Positions 49,966-60,649 of a DNA stretch of 64,000 nt are shown here, piece by piece. The DNA is taken from NCBI GenBank assembly GCA_965214095.1, contig OZ243938.1, positions 3,328,001 through 3,392,000 of the forward strand, given 5' to 3'. This stretch comes from Candidatus Poribacteria bacterium (GTDB lineage: Bacteria > Poribacteria > WGA-4E > WGA-3G). The notes beneath the pieces are model-generated. The model had not been told where the DNA came from, did not search any database, and saw only the letters and a list, made by a program, of their open reading frames with translations. A program made the translations under genes and the position numbers. Within the stretch, counting starts at the first letter, position 1, and the number at the start of each line of letters is the position of its first letter.

Positions 49966-50219
49966 CCGGTAGGTTCGGTTTCCTAACCGAACCGGCTTTG
50001 TGCCAAATACCTTCATAGAGGTTCTCGTGTAGGATCCGGTTTGGTTAGGAAACCGAACCATAGGTGTCAATTTAGCGTCCTTCCAAGTGCCGGTAGGTTC
50101 GGTTTCCTAACCGAACCGGGTTTGCGCCAAAATCTTTGATAGACGGTTCTCGTGTAGGATCCGGTTTGGTTAGGAAACCGAACCTGCCGCGTGTGCAAAT
50201 AATTACGGATTTTACTATA
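49966..50219. repeat. Tandem REP doublets (family A related)
   Basis: Two units of about 95 bp, ccggtaggttcggtttcctaaccgaacc...ggttaggaaaccgaacc, ending in ttttactata. Confidence 0.85.
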
Positions 50220-50242
50220 ATGAAAGGAGTACAAACAAACAC

Positions 50243-51697
50243 ATGCTTCCAATCAAAATACTTGCCATCGGTGCAGGCGGTCTACAACGTGCTTTAACTC
50301 ATCAATTTGTCCACATCCTCAACCAAGGGAATCTATATAACGGTGGTATCTATGTCGGACAACCCAGAGGTACAGAGAAAGCAGACGCATTTAACAGACA
50401 AAATGGTGTATATCATGTCGTCACATTTGACCTTAACGGCATCCACGACATCCAACAGATTTCAAGTGTAGTCGGTGCGACAACGCTTGCTACTGAGACG
50501 GGACGCGAACAATTTTACGCACAAACCGATAATCCATTAGACCTGATCCTCATCGGGGTAACCGAAGCAGGTATTGCAAAAGGTGAACTTGCAATGGATG
50601 TGTTAAATGAAACCCTCTATCGCTATTATTGTAAACACGGTGAAGATTCCACGCTATGTGTTGTCAATACTGATAACCTACGAAATAATGGAGACGTTAT
50701 CCGAGATATTCTATGCAATGAATATCCAAAGCGAACTGATGGGTATGCGGATTGGCTCGATACCAAAGTTGGATTTCTGAATGAGATGGGGGATCGACTT
50801 GTCCCACAAGTCTACGCAGTTCCCGATGAAATAAAGGAAGCAGCACAAGCACAGATTAAAGAGACAGATGAGTTGATTACTTATGCAGAACAGATGCCTG
50901 CCACATCGCTTATTCTTGAAGACTTGGACAATATACTTCGCGTCCCCTTTGCTAAACTTGACGACTATGGGGTTGTTGTCAAACAGGAGAGCATTGAACC
51001 CTTCCACGATTGGAAACTGCTACTCGTGAATTCTGTGCATGTACCCGGGATTACGCACAAAGGTTTTCTTGCGGGGTTTGAATATGTAAACGAGGCTGCG
51101 ACACATCCACTGTTCGCACCACATCTGGAAAGGTTGATGAAAGGCTACGCTGAAATCGTTGAAGCGGATATTCCCATCACAGGCAAGAGTGCTGAAGCAT
51201 ATTCACTGGAATTCGTTGACAGAATTCGTCGCGTCAAAGACGACAATGCTCGTATAAATATCATTGAAACAGTGAAACTCCGGGAACGTGCGGCGGACAT
51301 CGTCCGTTCACCGAACTACAATAAGAGTACTGAACTGTTCAAATCAGACTTCGCTTATTCCTTCGCTACAGTTCTCCGCTTTCTGACACCACACACTATC
51401 GCAGGTGATGACGATTACCGTGGTATTACCGATACAGGTACAGAATATGAAATCCGAGATCCTGACCGAACAATACAGAGTATTCTAAAAGATGCATTCG
51501 GTGCGGATATATCTGACGTGGCAAACCGTCTTGATGAGGTTTTCTCTAATGCTGTCTTGTGGTCTCCGCAGAATGCTACTCCTGATATGGCATTGAGTCA
51601 GAACCGAGACTTTACTAAGCGCGTTGTGCAGTACTATCATCAATTAGTTAATGGCAAATCATGCCTGGAGGTATTAGAAAGCATCAATTCTGGGTAG
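50243..51697 (+). CDS. Long-chain mannitol/altronate (tagaturonate reductase-like) dehydrogenase
   Basis: Rossmann IGAGGLQRA, GVTEAGI, NNGD, MGDRLVP, K-xxx-N-xx-H (KLLLVNSVH). Confidence 0.75.
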   Translation: MLPIKILAIGAGGLQRALTHQFVHILNQGNLYNGGIYVGQPRGTEKADAFNRQNGVYHVVTFDLNGIHDIQQISSVVGATTLATETGREQFYAQTDNPLDLILIGVTEAGIAKGELAMDVLNETLYRYYCKHGEDSTLCVVNTDNLRNNGDVIRDILCNEYPKRTDGYADWLDTKVGFLNEMGDRLVPQVYAVPDEIKEAAQAQIKETDELITYAEQMPATSLILEDLDNILRVPFAKLDDYGVVVKQESIEPFHDWKLLLVNSVHVPGITHKGFLAGFEYVNEAATHPLFAPHLERLMKGYAEIVEADIPITGKSAEAYSLEFVDRIRRVKDDNARINIIETVKLRERAADIVRSPNYNKSTELFKSDFAYSFATVLRFLTPHTIAGDDDYRGITDTGTEYEIRDPDRTIQSILKDAFGADISDVANRLDEVFSNAVLWSPQNATPDMALSQNRDFTKRVVQYYHQLVNGKSCLEVLESINSG

Positions 51698-51762
51698 GTT
51701 TAAAGGAAATGGCGAGGTGCAGTGACCTCGCCTAACAAATGTATTACGGGTTAGCTCAAATA

Positions 51763-52716
51763 TTAGTCAGCAAGTGAGATAACACCTTTTTTCTGTTGTA
51801 GAACGGCATCATAAAACCGCATCGTTCCGACACAGTCTTGAATGCTGGAAATCGGTTCTCGGTTTTCACGGATTGAATTCGCAAACTCTGTAAGACTAAT
51901 ACCGTCCCCAGTCAACTCACCATTCCGCTGATCAGAGAAGTTAGAGGAGAATGTATTCCCGTTCCCAGTATAGTGTTCAAAACCCCATAGTCCTTCTAAA
52001 ACTACATACTCATGCTGTCCTGTAATTTCAATATGGTCATAGTTGCGTCCCCACAGACGTTGACTACTCAGCTGCAAAGTTCCTACTGCTCCATTTGCAT
52101 ATTCAACAGCAACAGCGAATGAACCTTGATTATCAACTACGTTGTGGAAATAGCAAAGTTCGTTGACATCAGCACCAGCAATGTGTCGCGCCAAATCAAA
52201 GTGATGAATGGCAAAATCAAGTAAATAATGCTTGACTGATCCATAAGGTCCACTACAAAACGAACAGAAAAGTTGCGTCAGTTGACCGAAGGATTCGGTC
52301 TGCATAATTCTCCGTGCTTCTCGCACTCCAAGACTAAACCGACGTTGGAAGTTTATCATCAATGTCTTGCCATGTTTTTCGGATGCTTCTGCCAAGGCAA
52401 GTGATTCTTCAAGTGAGGGTGCCGGGGGTTTCGGCACAAAGACGTGGTATCCTGCCGCAAGGGTTTCCAATACCAAAGGTTGCCTCGGATCCGGTCCCAT
52501 ACAGATTATTACCGCTTCCAAGTCTTCCTTCTCAAACATCTCGTGTCGATCCAAGTAATATCTACCTGTGCCAAATTTTCCAGCAACGGATTTTGCTCTG
52601 TTTTCATCTACATCACAGACTGCTTGTAATGCAACTGGTGCTAAATGCAACGCGGGATAGATTGTACCTCTCGCGAAGCCACCACCACCGATAAATCCAA
52701 TTCGAAGAGGGTCCAT
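51763..52716 (-). CDS. Gfo/Idh/MocA family oxidoreductase
   Basis: IGFIGGG, HVFVPKP, FQRRF, DFAIHHFD. Confidence 0.9.
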   Translation of the reverse strand: MDPLRIGFIGGGGFARGTIYPALHLAPVALQAVCDVDENRAKSVAGKFGTGRYYLDRHEMFEKEDLEAVIICMGPDPRQPLVLETLAAGYHVFVPKPPAPSLEESLALAEASEKHGKTLMINFQRRFSLGVREARRIMQTESFGQLTQLFCSFCSGPYGSVKHYLLDFAIHHFDLARHIAGADVNELCYFHNVVDNQGSFAVAVEYANGAVGTLQLSSQRLWGRNYDHIEITGQHEYVVLEGLWGFEHYTGNGNTFSSNFSDQRNGELTGDGISLTEFANSIRENREPISSIQDCVGTMRFYDAVLQQKKGVISLAD

Positions 52717-52802
52717 ATTTTTTCCTTTTTGTGTTTCAATGATAAATGTATCTCAAATTTATCACAAATATAATTCTCTGTAAAGAAAAATAAGAATTAG
52801 AA

Positions 52803-52839
52803 AAACACCGAATGCAGTTTTGGCATTCGGTGTTATTTT
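52803..52839. terminator. Terminator hairpin downstream of leuA
   Basis: aacaccgaatgc-agttttg-gcattcggtgtt flanked by A and T tracts. Confidence 0.7.
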
Positions 52840-52892
52840 GGGAGGGCGAGGTCACCTCGCCCCTACGATCATATTACCCGTTTCGAACATTG

Positions 52893-52973
52893 TAGGTCGG
52901 GTAGAGGCACGAAACCCGACTTTATTGATGATAAATGGCTGCATGTCGGGTTTCGTTCCTCTACCCGACCTAC
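52893..52973. repeat. GTAG-REP doublet
   Basis: gtaggtcgggtagag...gaaacccgac / gtcgggtttcg...ctctacccgacctac. Confidence 0.8.
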
Positions 52974-53003
52974 AAGATTAGTGTAGAAATTGAGTGATGC
53001 GTA

Positions 53004-54572
53004 TTACCCCTCTGTGCGGAGATGAATCAGTTTATTGACAGCGTGGATATATGCTTTCGCACTCGCTTCAATGATGTCAGTGCTGGCACCATTGCCGGTG
53101 ATAATGTGTCCGTTATCCTGCACCTTTAAGGTAACCTCACCGATAGCGTCTTCACCTTCCGTTACAGAACGGATTTGGTAATCTATCAGGTTGAGTTTGA
53201 TTTTGACAATCTGATTGATAGCCTTGAAAGCCGCGTCAACAGGACCATCGCCAGTTGAGGCATTTTCAACCAAACCTTCCTCAGTGTGAATACCAACAGT
53301 CGTTGTTGGAGATATTTTCGTCCCACTGACAACTTGAATGTAATCCAGTTCATAGGTAGAGGGTATCGTCCGAATTTCATCACTCATGATCGCCTCAAGA
53401 TCGGCATCATGAATTTCTTTTTTCTTATCCGCTACCCGTAGGAATCTTTCGTAGACCTTTTCTAACTGCTCTTGATCCAGTTCATATCCGAGTTCGCTTA
53501 GACGGTGTCTCAAGGCGTTTCGTCCTGAACGTGGACTGAGAATAAGTTGACTTTCTTTCCATCCGATCTCTTTCGGATCAATGATCTCAAAAGTTACTCG
53601 TGACTTTATAATGCCATCTTGATGAATACCTGAACTGTGGGCAAATGCGTTTTCACCAACGATTGCCTTGTTCGGTTGAACAGGGATACCCATAGTGCGA
53701 CTGACACGTCTGCTGATGGGGACAATCTCTTTTGCATTTATATCGGTATAATAGGATTTGAAGTAATCACGACGGGTTCGGATTGCCATAACGACTTCTT
53801 CTAACGATGTATTTCCAGCGCGTTCCCCGAGTCCATTGATAGTACACTCCACTTGCCGCGCACCTTGTTCAATCGCAATTAGACTGTTTGCTACTGCCAA
53901 TCCTAAATCGTTATGGCAGTGCACACTGATTACAGCATCGTCTATATTTGGAACATTTTCTTTGATACCTGCGATGAGTCCACCGAATTCGGCGGGGACC
54001 GTCCATCCAACAGTTTCTGGTATATTGACGACGGTTGCACCTGCGGCGATAGTCGCTTCAACAACCTTATACAGATAGTTCAATTCTGTGCGACCTGCGT
54101 CCATCGGAGAAAATTCAACTGTGGCATCTGGATGATCTGCACATAAACTCTTTGCGTAGGCAACAGCGTCCACAGCCATTTCCAATGTTCTCTCTGGTGT
54201 TGTGCGTGTGATACGTTCCATGTGGATATTAGATGTGCCGACAAAGGTATGAATACGTGCACGCGGCGCATCCTGTATTGCTTTCCATGCTGCCGTGATG
54301 TCCTTTTCAACGACACGCGAAAGCGCGCAGATTTCAGGTCCCTTAACTTCGTTAGCTATCTGTTGAACAGCATCAAAATCTCCCGGTGACGAAATTGGAA
54401 ATCCAGCTTCTATGACATCAACATTTAATTTCGCAAGGTGCTTGGCAATCTCCAATTTTTCTTCAATGCCGAGAGCGGCTCCGGGAGTTTGCTCCGCATC
54501 TCGGAGTGTTGTATCAAATATAAGAACCTTTTCTTGGTTAGATTCAAAATCGTCCACGGTTGTGTCCTCCAT
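53004..54572 (-). CDS. leuA: 2-isopropylmalate synthase
   Basis: [40 protein letters not shown], regulatory domain GDGPVDA. Confidence 0.93.
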   Translation of the reverse strand: MEDTTVDDFESNQEKVLIFDTTLRDAEQTPGAALGIEEKLEIAKHLAKLNVDVIEAGFPISSPGDFDAVQQIANEVKGPEICALSRVVEKDITAAWKAIQDAPRARIHTFVGTSNIHMERITRTTPERTLEMAVDAVAYAKSLCADHPDATVEFSPMDAGRTELNYLYKVVEATIAAGATVVNIPETVGWTVPAEFGGLIAGIKENVPNIDDAVISVHCHNDLGLAVANSLIAIEQGARQVECTINGLGERAGNTSLEEVVMAIRTRRDYFKSYYTDINAKEIVPISRRVSRTMGIPVQPNKAIVGENAFAHSSGIHQDGIIKSRVTFEIIDPKEIGWKESQLILSPRSGRNALRHRLSELGYELDQEQLEKVYERFLRVADKKKEIHDADLEAIMSDEIRTIPSTYELDYIQVVSGTKISPTTTVGIHTEEGLVENASTGDGPVDAAFKAINQIVKIKLNLIDYQIRSVTEGEDAIGEVTLKVQDNGHIITGNGASTDIIEASAKAYIHAVNKLIHLRTEG

Positions 54573-54644
54573 AAGAGTTAACTGTTTATTGTAAGCACAA
54601 ATTGTTTCGTCTTACAACGTAATTTATTATATTTGTTTCTTTAC

Positions 54645-55670
54645 TTATATTTCACGACCAACAGCGATAGCAATCGGTTTTAGTTCTTGCATTAGTGTTT
54701 CAAATTGTTCAGGAAACAGTGACTGTGCTCCATCACCTGTCATTGAATGGTCTGGATCATGGTGAACTTCCAATAATAGTCCATCGGCTCCTGCAGCAAC
54801 GGATGCTTTTGTCATGTCACTCACAAGACTTCTTATCCCAGTGCCGTGACTCGGGTCAACAACGATGGGAAGATGACTCAATTCATGAATGACAGGTACT
54901 GCGTTAAGGTCCAGTGTGTTTCGTGTGTGGGTTTCATAAGTTCGGATACCCCGTTCACAGAGGATTACGTCTGGATTCCCTTCAGAAAGAATATATTCTG
55001 CAGCGAGTAACCATTCTTCAATTGTTGAAGCCATTCCACGTTTCAGAATAACAGGTTTTTGGGAACGTCCCACTTCACGCAATAGATAGAAGTTTGTCAT
55101 ATTCCGCGTGCCGAGTTGAAAGATGTCTGTGTATTCCCCGACGAGCTCAACTTCATGAGGTGTCATGACTTCTGTAACAATGCCTAAACCAGTTTCCTGT
55201 TTTGCTGCGACAAGCATCTTCAGCGCATCAGTGCCAAAACCTTGGAAACTGTATGGACCAGTGCGAGGTTTAAACGCACCCCCTCTAATAAAACCGGCTC
55301 CTGCATTTTTCACGAGTTTTGCAATAGTTACAATCTGTTCGGTACTCTCAACTGCACAAGGACCCGCCATGACTGCTAACTTCCGTCCCCCAATTTTTGT
55401 CCCGTTTGAAGAGATAACAGTCGGTTCTTCCCGAAACTGACGGCTTGCTAATTTATATGGGGCAGTGATCGGCATCGTCCTTTCTACGCCTGACATTGAC
55501 CCTATCGGCATATCACCAAGCAATGTTTTATCTCCTATTACACCGATGACGGTGCGTTGTTCACCAGTTGATACCTGTGCTTTCAACCCAACACTTTCAA
55601 TTCTCTTGACAATCGCGTCAATCTGTTCAGGTGTTGCATCCGTTTTGGTAATAATTACCATGGTTATCAA
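54645..55670 (-). CDS. aroF: DAHP synthase type I-beta with N-terminal ACT-like regulatory domain
   Basis: MAGPCAVES, RGGAFKPRT, LKRG, CERGIRT, DPSHGTG, EVH. Confidence 0.95.
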   Translation of the reverse strand: MITMVIITKTDATPEQIDAIVKRIESVGLKAQVSTGEQRTVIGVIGDKTLLGDMPIGSMSGVERTMPITAPYKLASRQFREEPTVISSNGTKIGGRKLAVMAGPCAVESTEQIVTIAKLVKNAGAGFIRGGAFKPRTGPYSFQGFGTDALKMLVAAKQETGLGIVTEVMTPHEVELVGEYTDIFQLGTRNMTNFYLLREVGRSQKPVILKRGMASTIEEWLLAAEYILSEGNPDVILCERGIRTYETHTRNTLDLNAVPVIHELSHLPIVVDPSHGTGIRSLVSDMTKASVAAGADGLLLEVHHDPDHSMTGDGAQSLFPEQFETLMQELKPIAIAVGREI

Positions 55671-55716
55671 TTCCCTCCGACAATAACTCTGTTTCGAGTC
55701 AACGTTGATTACTACT

Positions 55717-55756
55717 AAAAAAATAACCCAACATCGAACTCTTATCGACGTTGGGT
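55717..55756 (-). terminator. Attenuator terminator upstream of aroF
   Basis: mRNA acccaacgtcga-taagagt-tcgatgttgggt-tattttttt: a 12-bp stem with a G-U pair that forms only on the minus strand. Confidence 0.85.
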
Positions 55757-55806
55757 GGTGATGAATGAAATCGGTTTAGAACATTTTCATAAGTGCATAT
55801 AAACTA

Positions 55807-55956
55807 TCACCACTTACCGCCGTAGTACGTAAACGGGTACAACCCGAGCGTAAAGAGTGCCCAAAGGCTAAAGTAAAAGCCTCGTAATATTATTCGTGTG
55901 GATAGGTTGGCACTTGTTAGTACTGTAGCGATGGTAGTGTGTTCAAACTTTTGCAT
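55807..55956 (-). CDS. Leader peptide of aroF-leuA (49 aa, aromatic-rich)
   Basis: MQKFEHTTIATVLTSANLSTRIILRGFYFSLWALFTLGLYPFTYYGGKW, with RBS aggtg. Confidence 0.75.
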   Translation of the reverse strand: MQKFEHTTIATVLTSANLSTRIILRGFYFSLWALFTLGLYPFTYYGGKW

Positions 55957-56060
55957 CACAAAGACACCTAATTGTTCTATTGTTGTAGACCTTTTTCCGT
56001 ATTTGTTATCTTATAATACGTGTTTCTAAGCAAAACGTTTAAAATAAAACTATTTTTAAT

Positions 56061-56090
56061 ATTATAACACATTTTGTGGTGTTAAGTCAA
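56061..56090 (-). promoter_or_regulatory. Promoter of the leader-aroF-leuA transcript
   Basis: TTGACT, 18 bp spacer, TATAAT with extended TG on the minus strand. Confidence 0.65.
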
Positions 56091-56116
56091 TTTTTGATTT
56101 TTCACCCAAGGGTATT

Positions 56117-56253
56117 TATAGTAAAATGTGAAATTAACAATACACTTTCCATTTAGAAAAACGCGTTTGTAGTCGCGCAATTCATTGCGCCTCTTACATT
56201 ATATGAATATGCAATTGGGACAATATGTTTCATTAATTGTAAGTTTTACTATA
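56117..56253. repeat. 137-bp MITE family B, copy 2
   Basis: Same TIR and core as 47570-47706. Confidence 0.9.
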
Positions 56254-56370
56254 AAACTAAAATAATTTAGAAAAAGGGATTCCATATTGATTTTAACTTT
56301 TAGTAGATTTAAGCATCATACATTAACGAAAAACTTGTTTTAACTTGCTGATTTTTTGGTCTGAATTACC

Positions 56371-56853
56371 TGTACTGCCATCGGAAATTTAGACCACTAC
56401 CTAAGATAAGATTGTGATATAATTACAACCTTGTTAGAAGGAGAAATCCGATGGCGAAACGAAGAAGATTCACCCCAGAATTTAAAGCTGAAGTTGTCAT
56501 TGAGGCACTGTGCGGTGAAAGTTCACAAGCGGAACTTTGTCGCAAACATAACCTCAGCGATGTCCAGCTCTCAAAGTGGAAACGTCAACTTCTTGAAAAT
56601 GCGGCATCCTCTTTGAACCTATTGATAAACAGACCCATGCGTCTCAACAGCGGATCACTACCTTGGCTGAAAAACGAGGCGTTGTCCAAACTTTGCGAAC
56701 CGATTATTCGGTGCGACAGATTGAATTTGAGAAAGAACATTCGTCTTAACTTTACGAAATTATGGTCTAAAAAAATCAACACCTATTGAATTTGAGAATG
56801 AATACTTGTCTTAACTTTACGAAATTATGGTCTAAAAAATCGATGGCACTTCA
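56371..56853 (+). mobile_element. Internally deleted IS3-family element (OrfA remnant at 56451)
   Basis: 26-bp TIR tgtactgccatcggaaatttagacca / tggtctaaaaaatcgatggcacttca with TG...CA ends. HTH MAKRRRFTPEFKAEVV...KWKRQ. No DDE domain. Confidence 0.88.
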
Positions 56854-56979
56854 GTTCTGGAGAAATGAAACAATTTGTAATTAATCTTTACAACATTTAT
56901 GAAATAATAACTTTATGGGACAAATACCAATTTTTTAATGGAAATTCGGTATTTGTCTCAAAATCGAAGAGGTGATATC

Positions 56980-57705
56980 ATGCTGACTTGGAAACGTATC
57001 TTTCTTGCTTCATCCATTTTGTGTGTTACAGTAATAATTGGATGGACAACATGGTATTTATGCATTGTTCGTCCTCAATTAGTTGAAAAACCAGCAATTA
57101 AAATTAATGCCAAAAACACCAGAACAGTGGATGATACACCAGACGTAACGACTGCAAAAACATCTCAAGGACAGAAATTTTCTCAGGAAGATGATGACAC
57201 CACTGCTGATACACATGTAGAAAGTGAGGAGTCCGTAAACACGTTGCCAGACTCTGTGTCAGAAGCATTAAAACAGCACACACATCATCAGGATGAGTCA
57301 CATGACCATAATCACAAAGAATTAAATGCCAAGGAAATGGAAAAGGAAAGAAAGTATCTTGAGAATGTCAAAAGCGAGTTTAATGAACTCAAAGCCAAGA
57401 TAAATGAACTCAAGAAGCATTCAGAAAAACGAAATACAGAAATTGCAAATTATTTAAACTCTCTTTCTGCTGAAGAGCAGCAAGTTTACTTTGAAAATAT
57501 CCGAAGTGGTAAAGTGCTTGAAGAAATGCCATCTAATTTTTTTGAATCAGCAAGGGCAAATTTGAAATCAGAAAAATATTCAGAGGAAGCAATAGACGAA
57601 GTCCTTGGTTCTTTTAAACAAGAGATACAGAACTTTGCTTCAGAAGCCGGCGCGAAAAAGCATTTAGAGAAGCTTCGGGATCATGGATTTGTACCGAAGT
57701 TCTGA
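56980..57705 (+). CDS. Hypothetical membrane-anchored protein with a His-rich linker
   Basis: N-terminal TM helix, HTHHQDESHDHNH, coiled coil. RBS gaggtg. Confidence 0.7.
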   Translation: MLTWKRIFLASSILCVTVIIGWTTWYLCIVRPQLVEKPAIKINAKNTRTVDDTPDVTTAKTSQGQKFSQEDDDTTADTHVESEESVNTLPDSVSEALKQHTHHQDESHDHNHKELNAKEMEKERKYLENVKSEFNELKAKINELKKHSEKRNTEIANYLNSLSAEEQQVYFENIRSGKVLEEMPSNFFESARANLKSEKYSEEAIDEVLGSFKQEIQNFASEAGAKKHLEKLRDHGFVPKF

Positions 57706-57840
57706 GAAAATGGAGAACCACTTCTTTAATAATAGAATACAAGCATTAGCAACAATACCAGATTGTATTGCTCAATTCCGAATTTACTGCATTGTTTCGT
57801 GCAAAATATGTTATTGAAAAAATAGATCTCATCACCGCAC

Positions 57841-57912
57841 GGAACCTGTGCGAGAACCTCTATAAAGGTATTTGACACAAAGCCAGTTCGGTTAGGAAAC
57901 CGAACCTACCGT
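57841..57912. repeat. Partial family A REP unit
   Basis: Reverse complement resembles 49966-50030 (gttcggttaggaaaccgaacctac). Confidence 0.7.
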
Positions 57913-57989
57913 CACGGGGAATAACGTGTAATTCTGCTTAAATTGACGCATAAGGTGCAAGTTTAATAACAATTACAAGTCAGTTGCTA

Positions 57990-59228
57990 TTAGCCCTCAA
58001 GCACAACGCGGTGATAACGTTTCTTACCAGCACGGAGTAGCAGTGCATCTTCATCTAACATGTTGGCATCGACGATAGTATCTATTGTATTATATTGTTT
58101 TTCATTGATATATGCACCGCCTTGCTGAATTAGTCGGCGCGCTTCACTCTTTGAGGTAGCTAATCCGACTTGATGGAAGAGGTCCATAATCGGAATACCA
58201 GTGTTTAGTTGGTCGGCAGGGATAGTAGTGGTTGGCATTGCATCAAGGTCAAGTCCACCGCCACCAAACGCAGCCTGCGATGTTTCTTGTGCCTTGTCTG
58301 CTTCGGCCTTTCCGTGTGCAAGTTTAGTCGCTTGGTATGCGAGGACCGCTTTTGCTTCTCGTATAGCATCATGTTCCAAATTCCCAAGTCGTCGTACTTC
58401 ATCCATTGGTAAGAAGGTAAAATATGCTAAGAACCGCTCAACATCACGGTCATCAATATTAATCCAGTACTGATAAAATTGGTAAGGAGATGTTTTTTCT
58501 GCATCAAGCCACACTGCACCACCAGCAGTTTTTCCCATTTTGGCACCACCTGCTGAAGTGAGCAGAGGGAATGTCAGACCATGCACACGTTCCCCTTCAA
58601 TCCTACGCACCAGGTCCACTCCAGCGAGGATATTACCCCACTGGTCGTCACCACCAAGTTGTAGCACACAATCGTACTTTTGGAATAGACACAGATAGTC
58701 ATAAGCTTGTAGTAGTTGATAATTAAATTCAAGGAAGGAGAGTCCTAATTCACGTTCAAGTCGTTGTCGGTATCCCTCAGCGCGTATCATTTCATTAACA
58801 CGAAAATGTTTGCCAATATCGCGTAGAAATTCAATATAGTTTAGCGATAGTAACCATTCAGCGTTATTCAAAAACAGTCCTGCATTGTTGTCTAAATGCA
58901 GATAACGTTGTAATTGTTTGAGGATACGTGCCCCGTTTTTATCTACTTGCTCAACAGAGATCATAGGTCGCATTTCTGTTTTATCAGTTGGGTCACCAAT
59001 CATTGTTGTGCCACCACCGATAATTGCGATAGGTTTATGTCCAGCGCGTTGTAGATGTGCCATCGCCATTATTGGTACAAGACTTCCAGCATGTAAACTG
59101 TCTGCGGTGGGATCAAAACCGACATAATATGTGATTGGATTGTCAGAGAGGACTTTTGATACGTCTTCTGCGTTCGTACACTGTTGCACGAAACCACGTT
59201 CTTGTAGGGATTCAAAGATATTTGACAT
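57990..59228 (-). CDS. tyrS: Tyrosine--tRNA ligase
   Basis: GFDPTADSLHAGS, QLGGDDQWGN, KMGKT, S4-like C-terminal domain. Confidence 0.98.
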   Translation of the reverse strand: MSNIFESLQERGFVQQCTNAEDVSKVLSDNPITYYVGFDPTADSLHAGSLVPIMAMAHLQRAGHKPIAIIGGGTTMIGDPTDKTEMRPMISVEQVDKNGARILKQLQRYLHLDNNAGLFLNNAEWLLSLNYIEFLRDIGKHFRVNEMIRAEGYRQRLERELGLSFLEFNYQLLQAYDYLCLFQKYDCVLQLGGDDQWGNILAGVDLVRRIEGERVHGLTFPLLTSAGGAKMGKTAGGAVWLDAEKTSPYQFYQYWINIDDRDVERFLAYFTFLPMDEVRRLGNLEHDAIREAKAVLAYQATKLAHGKAEADKAQETSQAAFGGGGLDLDAMPTTTIPADQLNTGIPIMDLFHQVGLATSKSEARRLIQQGGAYINEKQYNTIDTIVDANMLDEDALLLRAGKKRYHRVVLEG

Positions 59229-59310
59229 GGAAAAGGTTCCTTAATAAAATTATGATACCGATGTTAATGATACCACAGGGGTATTAGATTGTCAAATCAG
59301 ATGTAATGTA

Positions 59311-59413
59311 TATAGTGAATTATAAATATAAGTTGACACTTTCGCTCCACGGTAGGGGAGGTTTCCTAACCTCGCCGATGCAGAGTGTTCGAGTAATTTC
59401 AAAATCTACTATA
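59311..59413. repeat. MITE-like element with a single GTAG-REP
   Basis: tatagtga...ctactata ends, internal gtaggggaggtttcctaacctcgcc. Confidence 0.65.
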
Positions 59414-59527
59414 TTATAGTTGACAGATGCAAAATGATTGTGTATACTTAATAAACATTTTTCAATTTGGTATGTTCCATCTGAGATGTTTTGATATACT
59501 ATATCCTATAAAGTAAAATTATATACC

Positions 59528-60649
59528 ATGGCTAAGAAAAAAAGTAGATCCGCAAATGTTGCGCGGAAACGCGAGAAACGGAATCGCAGTCGAAAATCCA
59601 GATGTAAACAGTTAGCAGCTGAAAAACAAAGAAAACAATCCTATGGAAAGATAGATGAGGAAGGTTTACGTACTTGTTTAATCAAAAGTCGTGACTTGCT
59701 AAATGAACCAGAATTTGAGGAAGTACACTTTGACATAGATTTGATGTATGAAGAGTTGTTTACGTTACTCAGAGACAATAGCGAAACTGAGACACCTACA
59801 TATCAGATAGATGTTGGACCTAAGGTTATAGGCGTTGAAAGTGAAGAACAATATCACTCTAATAATGAGACAGCAGAATTTGAAGAGCTTTGCGAAAAGT
59901 TTCGAACAGTCGTTTTGCGTCGTTTAATTACGCCAAAGTTTATTCGTACGTTGCAATCTGCACTCTCTGCATGCGAAAAACGTTTTAAACAAATTGGAGA
60001 ACGGGACCGGGCAGAGGTGGCTTATGTATCTTATACACTTTTTGAGGTAATGCCACAACATATTATGATTGAACACCCGTTGATAATAGATATAGGTCTG
60101 AAAACGATGCAGTATTTGGTTGATGCACCGTTCTCCATGAAGATGGGTAGTACGGATGTTAGAGAGGTCGTTTCAAGTATGCTGAAAACTGAAACTGCAG
60201 AATATGAAGCAGGTGAAATGTCAAACATCATATCTGATGCTATTGTTCAGAAACCTGCATTTTCAGAGGTTAAAGCTCCACCTGAACCATCTACCACTGT
60301 CTTGACCATAGAAAGCAACGTATCTACACCTGAGTCAAATTCACTACCATCACCCGAAACGTTGCCTGCGAAAGCACTCTACAAAAACTTTGATGGTATG
60401 GCTATTAAGAATGTATTAAAAGAATGGCAAAAGGATTCTCTTGAGAATGAATCCGAAACACAACTTGATCTGTTTAATGAGGATAAGGATCTATATATAA
60501 CAATCACGGAAAACAGAATACAACTTTATGCACAATCTGTAGAAAAATTAGATATAGCGATGGAACTCCTTGAAGAATATTGTCAATCGGGGGTAATGTT
60601 TCTTGCTAAAACTATTGAAGAAGGAGGTAGTGTAGATGCCACGGAGTAA
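59528..60649 (+). CDS. Hypothetical protein with a very basic N-terminus
   Basis: 373-aa ORF. No family recognised. Confidence 0.7.
   Translation: MAKKKSRSANVARKREKRNRSRKSRCKQLAAEKQRKQSYGKIDEEGLRTCLIKSRDLLNEPEFEEVHFDIDLMYEELFTLLRDNSETETPTYQIDVGPKVIGVESEEQYHSNNETAEFEELCEKFRTVVLRRLITPKFIRTLQSALSACEKRFKQIGERDRAEVAYVSYTLFEVMPQHIMIEHPLIIDIGLKTMQYLVDAPFSMKMGSTDVREVVSSMLKTETAEYEAGEMSNIISDAIVQKPAFSEVKAPPEPSTTVLTIESNVSTPESNSLPSPETLPAKALYKNFDGMAIKNVLKEWQKDSLENESETQLDLFNEDKDLYITITENRIQLYAQSVEKLDIAMELLEEYCQSGVMFLAKTIEEGGSVDATE

Noticed and set aside
49966-50219. CRISPR array
   Set aside because: The repeats alternate in orientation, the spacers are similar to each other, the same units are scattered through the window, and there are no cas genes. 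These are REP doublets.
59229-59527. T-box riboswitch upstream of tyrS
   Set aside because: No T-box antiterminator consensus or terminator on the minus strand. The region is largely a MITE.
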